Assembly: GCF_016719755.1 (NCBI RefSeq)
Contig: NZ_JADJYM010000004.1
Source of the DNA: Novosphingobium sp.
GTDB lineage: Bacteria > Pseudomonadota > Alphaproteobacteria > Sphingomonadales > Sphingomonadaceae
Length of the DNA: 64,000 bases
Direction: 5' to 3' (one strand)
The notes under the pieces are model-generated. The model did not search any database. It was not told where the DNA came from and was given only the letters and a program-made list of their open reading frames with translations. Positions 57,263 through 64,000 of this stretch are shown here, piece by piece. Within the stretch, counting starts at the first letter, position 1. Every line of letters starts with the position of its first letter. A program made the translations under genes and the position numbers.

Positions 57263-58522
57263 TCAGGCGGCGATGCGTTCAATGATAATCGCGGGGGCCA
57301 TGCCGCCAAAGGCGCACATGGTGATGAGGGCGTAACGACCGCCGGAACGCTCCAGTTCATCCAGTGCCATGCCGATCAGGATCGAACCGGTGGCGCCGAT
57401 CGGGTGCCCCAGCGCGATCGCGCCGCCGTTGATGTTGACCTTGGCCCGGTCGATCCCGAGGTCGCGGATCGCCTTTTCGGTGACCACCGCGAAGGCCTCG
57501 TTGATTTCCCAGACGTCGATGTCGGCGACGGTCAGGCCGGCGCGCTCCAGCGCCTTCTTCGCCGCCGGAACCGGGGCGTTCAAAATCAGCGTCGGGCAAT
57601 CGCCCGCATTGACCGAGGTGACGATCCGCGCGCGCGGCTTCCAGCCATTGGCCTTCAGCCCCGCCTCCGAGGCGAGCAGCAGCGCGGCAGAGCCATCGAC
57701 CACGCCCGAGGAGGTGCCGACATGGTGGGTCGGCTCCCACTTGAGGTCCGGGTACTTGCGCTCGATCATCCCGCGCATAGTGGTGCCGTCAGGCGCAGCG
57801 GCGACCTGTTCCATCGCGACAAAGGCGGGCTTGAGTGCCGCCAGCGTCTCGGCGGTAGTTTCCGGGCGCGGATACTCGTCATGGTCCAGCGCCAGGCTGC
57901 CGTCGCGGTTGTGGACCGGGATGAGGCTCTTGGCGAAGCGGCCCTCGTCCATGGCCATCTTCGCCTTGCGCTGGCTGTCGACACCCAGCGCCTCAAGGTC
58001 GGCGCGGCTGATGCCTTCCATCGCGGCGATGGCATCGGCGGCGACACCGACGGCGGAGATCGGATGGTCCTCGTAGAATTCGAAGTTCCCGCGCGCCCGG
58101 CCCAGCTTGCCAAGTTCGGTCTGGCTTTCCAGCGCATCCAGTTCGGAGTGATAACTCATCATCTCCGTCCCGCCGGCGATGACCACGTCCTCGAACCCGG
58201 CCATGATCTGGCCCGCGCCGAAGCCGACGCTGGAAATCCCGCCGCCACAGAAGCGGTCAAGCGTGACGCCGCTGGCGGCATTGTCATAACCCGCCCACAG
58301 CGCGGAAAGACGGCCGATGTCACCGCCCTGCTTGCCGCGCTGCTGGCTGCACGACCAGACGATGTCGTCCACCTTCGCGGTGTCGATCGCGTTGCGGTCA
58401 CGCAGGGCGCGCAGCACCGTGGCGCCCAGATCGTGCGGGTGGAGGTGGGCAAGCGAACCCTTGCCCTGCTTGCCGATCCCGCGCGGGGTGCGGACAGCAT
58501 CGACGATATAGGCTTCGGCCAT
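57263..58522 (-). CDS. Thiolase (acetyl-CoA C-acyltransferase), FadA5-like by context
   Basis: LDRFCGGGISS, NINGGAIALGHPIGATG, and MCAFGGMAPA. Confidence 0.88.
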   Translation of the reverse strand: MAEAYIVDAVRTPRGIGKQGKGSLAHLHPHDLGATVLRALRDRNAIDTAKVDDIVWSCSQQRGKQGGDIGRLSALWAGYDNAASGVTLDRFCGGGISSVGFGAGQIMAGFEDVVIAGGTEMMSYHSELDALESQTELGKLGRARGNFEFYEDHPISAVGVAADAIAAMEGISRADLEALGVDSQRKAKMAMDEGRFAKSLIPVHNRDGSLALDHDEYPRPETTAETLAALKPAFVAMEQVAAAPDGTTMRGMIERKYPDLKWEPTHHVGTSSGVVDGSAALLLASEAGLKANGWKPRARIVTSVNAGDCPTLILNAPVPAAKKALERAGLTVADIDVWEINEAFAVVTEKAIRDLGIDRAKVNINGGAIALGHPIGATGSILIGMALDELERSGGRYALITMCAFGGMAPAIIIERIAA

Positions 58523-58539
58523 GGGAATTTCCTTTCAGT

Positions 58540-59322
58540 TCAGCGCGGTGCCATGCGGATCGCGCCATCGAGGCGGATCGACTGGGCGTTGAAATACGAA
58601 TTGCGGACCAGTTCCATTACCAGGCTGGCAAACTCCTCGGGCCGGCCCATCCGCTTGGGGAAGGGCACCGAGGCGTTGAGCCCGTCGAGCACCTTCTGCG
58701 AATTGCGGGCCAGCAGCGGGGTGTTGAAGATTCCCGGCTGGATCGCGTTGACCCGAATGCCCAGGTCCATCAGGTCGCGGGCCATGGGCAGGACCATACC
58801 GCTGACCCCGGCCTTCAGCGAGCCATAGGCAACCTGCCCGACCTGCGCGTCCTGCGCGGCGGCGGACGAGGTGAGGACGATGGTGCCGCGCTCGCCATCT
58901 TCCAGCGGCTCGGCCCCGGCCATGCCCAGCGCGGAAAGCGAGGCAACACGGTAGGTCGAAACCAGGATGCCCTGCGCGGCGAAGGCATAGTCCTCGGTCG
59001 AGAATCGGGTGAGTTCGCCCGTCTCGCGGTTGCGGCCCACGGTCTTGCCCTTGCGGTTGGCCATCGCGCAGTGGACCAGCACCCGCTCCTGCCCGTGGGC
59101 GGCGCGTGCCCGCGCGAACCCGGCGATCACCGAATCCTCGTCCATGATGTCGACCTTGCAGAACAGGCCGCCGATGGCCCTGGCCACTTCCTCGCCCTGT
59201 TCCTCGTTGAGGTCGAAAACGGCGACCTTCACGCCTGCCGCAGCGAGCGCCTCGGCGCTGGCCCGGCCCAGGCCCGAGGCGCCGCCAGTGACGACTGCGG
59301 CAGTGGTCGAATCGATCTTCAT
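58540..59322 (-). CDS. SDR-family 3-hydroxyacyl-CoA dehydrogenase-like protein
   Basis: VTGGASGLGRAS and YGSLKAGV. Confidence 0.85.
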   Translation of the reverse strand: MKIDSTTAAVVTGGASGLGRASAEALAAAGVKVAVFDLNEEQGEEVARAIGGLFCKVDIMDEDSVIAGFARARAAHGQERVLVHCAMANRKGKTVGRNRETGELTRFSTEDYAFAAQGILVSTYRVASLSALGMAGAEPLEDGERGTIVLTSSAAAQDAQVGQVAYGSLKAGVSGMVLPMARDLMDLGIRVNAIQPGIFNTPLLARNSQKVLDGLNASVPFPKRMGRPEEFASLVMELVRNSYFNAQSIRLDGAIRMAPR

Positions 59323-59337
59323 GGAGCTAGGTTCCTG

Positions 59338-60318
59338 TCAGGCGATCAGGCCGGCGAGGCGGCCCTTGATGATGGCTTCGGCGTCGGTAACGATGCGGTT
59401 GATCAGCACCTCGCAGGTCGGGATGTCGTGGATCAGGCCCTGGATCATGCCCGCCCAGAAGATGCCCTTGGACAGGTCGCCGGTTTCCAGCATCTCGCGC
59501 CCCGCCGCGCCCGCGACCAGGTCCTTGACGTCATCGAAAGTCGCGCCGGGCTGGGCGAGACGGCGGGCGACTTCTTCCGACACCGCGCTGCGGCCGACGC
59601 GGGCGGTGTTCTTGAGGCTGCGGAAGATCAGCACCGAGCCGCGCTCGTCGTTGTCGATGTAGGCCTGCTTGACGTTGTCGTGGATCGGCGCCTCGACCGT
59701 CGCACAGAACCGGGTGCCCATGTTGATGCCTTCCGCACCCAGCGCGAGCGCGGCGGCAAGCCCGCGCCCGTCACCGAACCCGCCAGAGGCGAGCAGCGGG
59801 ATCTTCACCTTGTCGGCGGCGGCGGGAATCAGGATCAGGCCCGGGATGTCGTCCTCGCCCGGATGGCCAGCGCATTCGAACCCGTCGATCGAGATAATGT
59901 CGCAGCCCGCCTTTTCGGCCGAAACCGCGTGGCGCACGGCGGTGCACTTGTGCAGGATGGTGATGCCGTGGGGCTTAAGCATTTCCCAGATCTCGCGCAC
60001 CGCAGGCGTACCCGCCGTTTCCACCGCCTTGACTCCGGAATCGATGATCGCCTGGGCATAGGCCTTGTAATCGGGGGCGTTGATCGTCGGGAACACGGTC
60101 ATGTTCACGCCGAACGGCTTGTCGGTCATCGAGCGGCAACGCTCGATCTCGGCACGAAGCGCGTCGGGGGTCGGCTGGGTCAGCGCGGTAAGGATGCCAA
60201 GCCCGCCCGCGTTCGATACCGCGCTGGCGAGGTCCGCCGTGCCCACGCCCTGCATGCCGCCCTGGACGATAGGGTGCGCGATGCCAAGCATTTCGGTGAT
60301 CCGGGTCTTGAAAGCCAT
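59338..60318 (-). CDS. Nitronate monooxygenase-type FMN oxidoreductase (second copy)
   Basis: IVQGGMQGVGTADLASAVSNAGGLGIL and IDGFECAGHPG. ATG 60318 has GGAGGA 5 nt upstream. Confidence 0.85.
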   Translation of the reverse strand: MAFKTRITEMLGIAHPIVQGGMQGVGTADLASAVSNAGGLGILTALTQPTPDALRAEIERCRSMTDKPFGVNMTVFPTINAPDYKAYAQAIIDSGVKAVETAGTPAVREIWEMLKPHGITILHKCTAVRHAVSAEKAGCDIISIDGFECAGHPGEDDIPGLILIPAAADKVKIPLLASGGFGDGRGLAAALALGAEGINMGTRFCATVEAPIHDNVKQAYIDNDERGSVLIFRSLKNTARVGRSAVSEEVARRLAQPGATFDDVKDLVAGAAGREMLETGDLSKGIFWAGMIQGLIHDIPTCEVLINRIVTDAEAIIKGRLAGLIA

Positions 60319-60404
60319 GGTTTCCTCCTCTCGCCCCGGCATCGCCGCAGGCATATACGAACGGGGATTGACTACCCGTCCGCCTGATCCCAAAAGACAG
60401 CTTG

Positions 60405-60416
60405 AGTTATATAACT
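60405..60416. promoter_or_regulatory. Perfect 12-bp palindrome AGTTATATAACT in the AT-rich region upstream of the NMO-SDR-thiolase-FadB operon
   Basis: Read directly, about 87 nt upstream of ATG 60318. Confidence 0.4.
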
Positions 60417-60427
60417 AGGTAATACAG

Positions 60428-60452
60428 ATCAAGCCTCGATTAAGCGCTTGAT
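60428..60452. promoter_or_regulatory. Inverted repeat ATCAAGC-N11-GCTTGAT with embedded direct GATTAA repeats
   Basis: ATCAAGC 60428-60434, GCTTGAT 60446-60452, GATTAA at 60438 and 60450. Confidence 0.35.
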
Positions 60453-60533
60453 TAAACGGCTGCCCGCTCCGGGGCAAGCCATGGGAGCGGCAGGGTGCGA
60501 TTGACCGCGCGAAAGGCTGGCAGAAAACTGCGC

Positions 60534-62147
60534 TCAGGGCAGCGCCAGGCGCCCGCTCGCCCCCAGTTCCCGGCGCAATTCGGCCTTCTGGATCTTGCCG
60601 CTGGGGGTGCGCGGGAACTCCTCGACCACGATCAGCAGTTCGGGCGTCTTCTGCCGCGCAACACCGATGCGGCGGAAGGCCTCGTCGATGTCCGCGACCG
60701 TCACCTGCGCGCCTTCGGCCAGGGTGACGACAGCGCAGATCCGTTCGCCGAGTCGCGCATCGGGCGCACCGATCGCGGCGGCCTCGCGCACGCCGGGCAC
60801 CTGCAGCAGCAGTTCCTCCACCTCGCGCGAGGAAATGTTCTCGCCGCCACGGATGATGATGTCCTTCTTGCGGTCAGTGATCGCCAGATAGCCTTCCGGG
60901 TCGAGTCGGCCGATGTCGCCGGTGAGGAACCAGCCACCCGGCAGGAAGCTGGCCGCGTTGAGTTCCGGGTCGGTATAGCCCAGGAACCGCTCCGCACCGC
61001 GCACCGCGACTTCGCCCTCCGTGCCGACCGGCAGGTCCTCACCGCCATCGCCCACGATCCGCACCTCGACCCCGGGATTGGGGCGGCCATCGGTGCCCAG
61101 CCGCTTGTCGAGCGGATCGGCGGGAACGCACTGGGTGGCGGTCGGCAATTCGGTCGAACCATAACAGCGGCAACAGCGAATTCCCGCCGCCTCGCAGGCC
61201 GCGACCAGCGCGGGCGGAACGGTGGTGGCGCCGATCAGGAACTGCTCGAAGCTGCCGAGGTCGTACCCGCCCTTCTCCGCGGCCTCCATCAGGCCGGAAA
61301 GGTGGAACGGTGTGCCCGACATCTGGGCGACCTTGAAGCGATCGACCAGCCGCGCGGCCAGTGCCGCGTCCCAGGATTCCAGCAGGATCGTGGGGCGCCC
61401 CAGCAGCGCATGGCCGAGCACGCCCAGCGTCCCCGCGATATGGCCCGAGGGCCAGGGCGACAGCACCCAGTCATCGGGCTTGCGGCCCAGCCCCTGCGCC
61501 TTGAGTTCGGCGAGCAGACTGCGCGAGGAGTGGCGCACGCCCTTCGGCGCGGCAGTGGTGCCCGAGGTGTAGAGCAGCACGGCCAGCCCATCGGGATCGT
61601 GAACGATTTCAGGCAGATCGCCATCCGGCAGGTTGTCGAGCGCCAGCATCCCGTCGGAAGCCTCCGCACCCATCACAATGCGATGCGCCAGCGCGGGCAG
61701 GTCCGGCAGGCGGGCCAGCCGATCAAGGTAGTCGATATTGCGCCAGCGGCGCGGCACGATCAGCGCCTTGGCCCCGCTGTCGGCCAGGATATGGGCCAGT
61801 TCGTGGGGACCATAGATGTGGACGATCTGAAGCAGGGTGCAGCCCAGCGCGGCGGCGGCCTGGGTCAGGATCGCGTTCTCGATGCCCGCGGGCACCTGCA
61901 TCGCCAGCACCTCGCCCGGTCGCAGTCCCAGCGCGTGGAGCCGTCCGGCCAGCTTCAGCCCCTCGGCATGAAGTTCGCCCAGGGTGATGACCCGCTCGCC
62001 CTCCGCGCCGTGGAACCGCAGCTGCGCATGGGGCCGTTCGCGCGCCGCGCGGGCCATGGCCTGGCCCAGCGATTCGTCCGCCCACAAGCCTGCGCTGCGC
62101 CAGCCCGTCTGAAGCTGCTCCGGCATCACACTTTCATTTCCAGCCAT
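60534..62147 (-). CDS. AMP-dependent acyl-CoA synthetase/ligase
   Basis: Motif YTSGTTAAPKG. Start ATG 62147 has GAGGA 7 nt upstream. The track start is GTG 62177. Confidence 0.88.
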   Translation of the reverse strand: MAGNESVMPEQLQTGWRSAGLWADESLGQAMARAARERPHAQLRFHGAEGERVITLGELHAEGLKLAGRLHALGLRPGEVLAMQVPAGIENAILTQAAAALGCTLLQIVHIYGPHELAHILADSGAKALIVPRRWRNIDYLDRLARLPDLPALAHRIVMGAEASDGMLALDNLPDGDLPEIVHDPDGLAVLLYTSGTTAAPKGVRHSSRSLLAELKAQGLGRKPDDWVLSPWPSGHIAGTLGVLGHALLGRPTILLESWDAALAARLVDRFKVAQMSGTPFHLSGLMEAAEKGGYDLGSFEQFLIGATTVPPALVAACEAAGIRCCRCYGSTELPTATQCVPADPLDKRLGTDGRPNPGVEVRIVGDGGEDLPVGTEGEVAVRGAERFLGYTDPELNAASFLPGGWFLTGDIGRLDPEGYLAITDRKKDIIIRGGENISSREVEELLLQVPGVREAAAIGAPDARLGERICAVVTLAEGAQVTVADIDEAFRRIGVARQKTPELLIVVEEFPRTPSGKIQKAELRRELGASGRLALP

Positions 62148-62227
62148 TCCCGTATCCTCGCACACGCTCACGTGCACGAGGGTGCGGCCCTCCCCGCCGC
62201 TTCGTCAATCCCGGAGACCTGATCGCG

Positions 62228-63379
62228 ATGGACATCCAGTTTTCAACAGAGGAGCAGCGCTTCCGCGAGGAATGCCGCGACTGGCTTCACGCCAATGTTC
62301 CCGCCGACAAGCGCCCGATGGACGCCGCCGACGCGATCGGGTTCGACAAGGCCTGGCAGCGCCGCCTGTTCGATGCCGGCTGGGCCGGGATCAACTGGCC
62401 CAGCCAGTACGGCGGGCGCGGACTGTCGATCGTCCAGCAAGTAATCTGGCTGGAGGAATACGCGCGGGCCCACGCGCCGTGGATCGGCGCCAACTTCGTC
62501 GGCGTGAACCACGGCGGGCCGACCCTGATCATCAACGCCAGCGAGGCGCAGAAGGAATACCACCTGCCCCGCATCCTCAAGGGCGAGGCGATCTGGTGCC
62601 AGGGCTTTTCCGAACCCGGTGCGGGATCGGACCTAGCGGGCATCAAGACGCGTGGCCGGGTGGAAGGCAACGAACTGGTCATCAACGGATCGAAGATCTG
62701 GACCAGCTTTGCCCACGTTGCCGACTGGCAGGAGCTGGTCCTGCGCACCGAAGAGGGATCGCAGCGCCATCGGGGCCTGTCGTGGGTGATCTGCGACATG
62801 CACGCCCCCGGCATCGAGATCCGCCCGATCCGCAAGATTTCCGGCCAGATCGAATTCGCCCAGGTGTTCTATGACGATGTGCGCATTCCGCTGGAAAACG
62901 TCGTCGGCGGGCTGGGCAACGGCTGGAAAGTCGCGATGTCGACGCTCAGCTTCGAGCGCGGCACCGGCTTCATTGCCGATCAGGTCAAGCAGAGCCAGGA
63001 GATCGAGGAACTGATCGACCGCGCCCGCGCAACGGGAGCGATCAATGACGACCGGATCGCGGAAGCGCTGATGCAGATGCGGGCAGAGGTCGCGGCGCTC
63101 AGGGCCATGACCTATCGCAACATTTCCGAAGTGGTGCGCAATGGCCAGCCCGGGCCGGAAGCCTCGGTCATCCGCCTTTTCACCGCCGAACTTGGCCAGC
63201 GGCTTGACCGGATGGGCCTGCTCCTGGCCGGGGATGACATCCTCGATTTCCGCTATGGCGATGACAACCACATCGCCGACTACCTGCGCGGATTTGCCGG
63301 AACCATCGCCGGCGGATCGAGCCAGATCCAGCGCGACATAATTGCCGAGCGCGTGCTCGGCCTGCCCAAGTCGAGGTAA
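62228..63379 (+). CDS. Acyl-CoA dehydrogenase (large member of the third pair)
   Basis: 383 aa. GFSEPGAGSDLAG and GGSSQIQRDIIAERVLGLP. Confidence 0.9.
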   Translation: MDIQFSTEEQRFREECRDWLHANVPADKRPMDAADAIGFDKAWQRRLFDAGWAGINWPSQYGGRGLSIVQQVIWLEEYARAHAPWIGANFVGVNHGGPTLIINASEAQKEYHLPRILKGEAIWCQGFSEPGAGSDLAGIKTRGRVEGNELVINGSKIWTSFAHVADWQELVLRTEEGSQRHRGLSWVICDMHAPGIEIRPIRKISGQIEFAQVFYDDVRIPLENVVGGLGNGWKVAMSTLSFERGTGFIADQVKQSQEIEELIDRARATGAINDDRIAEALMQMRAEVAALRAMTYRNISEVVRNGQPGPEASVIRLFTAELGQRLDRMGLLLAGDDILDFRYGDDNHIADYLRGFAGTIAGGSSQIQRDIIAERVLGLPKSR

Positions 63380-63384
63380 GCCCC

Positions 63385-64000
63385 ATGGACCTGACCCCCA
63401 ATTCCGAGCAGGAAGCCCTGCTTTCCGCCACTGCCGACTGGTGCCACGACAATATGCCGCTGGAACAGGCGCGCAGCCGCCATCCGGCGCTGTGGAACCA
63501 GCTGGCCGACATGGGCTGGCTGGGCATGACCGCGCCCGGCATGGACCTGGACCATGCGACCGAAGCGCTGGTCTTTGCCGAACTGGGCCGCCACCTCGCC
63601 CCCGTCGGCATGATCTCAAGCGCGGTTGCCGCGCGCTGGTCCGGCCATCAGGGCAAGACCGCGCTGGCCCTGCTCGACCGCGACCTGACCGGCGGACTGC
63701 TGCGGGTCTACGATGCCCCCGGGGCCACCCATGCGCTGGGGCTGGTGGGCGGCCTCGCCGCGCTGACCGCGCTGCCCTCGGACCTTGGCGGAGAACCCGG
63801 GCTCGACCTGTCCGCACCGCTGGCTCACATCGATCCCGCCCCGCCGTTCACCGCGCTGGGCGATCCGCGCGCGGCGCTGCACCTGCAATTGCTGAGCGCC
63901 GCCTTCGCCACCGGCGTTGCCGACGCGGCGCGCGACATGGCGGCCGAGTATGCCAAGATACGCGAACAGTTCGAACGGCCGATCGGCTGGTTCCAGGCGC
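63385..64000 (+). CDS. Acyl-CoA dehydrogenase family protein, 3' end cut by the window edge
   Basis: Not in the ORF track because no stop falls in the window. I translated it from ATG 63385 (MDLTPNSEQEALL...YAKIREQFERPIGWFQA). GAGG lies 9 nt upstream. The frame is open to position 64000. Confidence 0.8.
   Translation, partial: MDLTPNSEQEALLSATADWCHDNMPLEQARSRHPALWNQLADMGWLGMTAPGMDLDHATEALVFAELGRHLAPVGMISSAVAARWSGHQGKTALALLDRDLTGGLLRVYDAPGATHALGLVGGLAALTALPSDLGGEPGLDLSAPLAHIDPAPPFTALGDPRAALHLQLLSAAFATGVADAARDMAAEYAKIREQFERPIGWFQA

Noticed and set aside
62171-62178. 8-bp palindrome CGTGCACG in the 80-bp divergent region between the ligase and ACAD genes
   Set aside because: It is short and GC-rich, so it is expected by chance in this composition, and there is no second copy.

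Overview
High-GC (by eye mid-60s %, not computed) alphaproteobacterial, sphingomonad-like chromosomal segment, almost fully coding. No rRNA, tRNA, CRISPR or IS element was recognised. Positions 1-48037 and 54460-64000 form a dense steroid-type catabolic island. It holds two KshA-like Rieske oxygenases, two KstD-like flavoproteins and a ketosteroid isomerase with Tyr14/Asp38/Asp99. It also holds an HsaA/HsaB/HsaC/HsaD-like meta-cleavage set and an IpdAB/IpdC/EchA20-like C/D-ring set. Further genes are three adjacent acyl-CoA dehydrogenase pairs, two thiolases, a FadB-like fusion, five acyl-CoA ligases, ten SDRs, five NTF2/SnoaL proteins, one P450, a TonB-dependent receptor, and MFS and DctA transporters. 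Between the two catabolic blocks (48079-54124) lie trxB, a GlsB/YeaQ-like gene, an AI-2E transporter and a complete PhyR-NepR-EcfG general stress response locus with a CHASE-HWE kinase and textbook EcfG promoters. The observations most worth follow-up: (1) a recurrent TACGCAAAT-type box confined to the five AT-rich promoter islands, with a translationally coupled Lrp/AsnC pair as the only regulators in the cluster; (2) a four-gene operon, DUF1254/DUF1214 - P450 - DUF3604 lipoprotein - NTF2, with three ATGA overlaps, divergent from a TonB receptor-NTF2-SDR unit, as a candidate envelope uptake/processing module; (3) a 25-bp-stem REP-like palindrome that supplies the C-terminus and stop codon of an operon-internal gene; (4) dctA translationally coupled to the end of a 19-gene operon; (5) a NepR with an N-terminal four-Cys cluster. 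All functions are inferred from motifs read in the translations and from gene context. No database search was possible.
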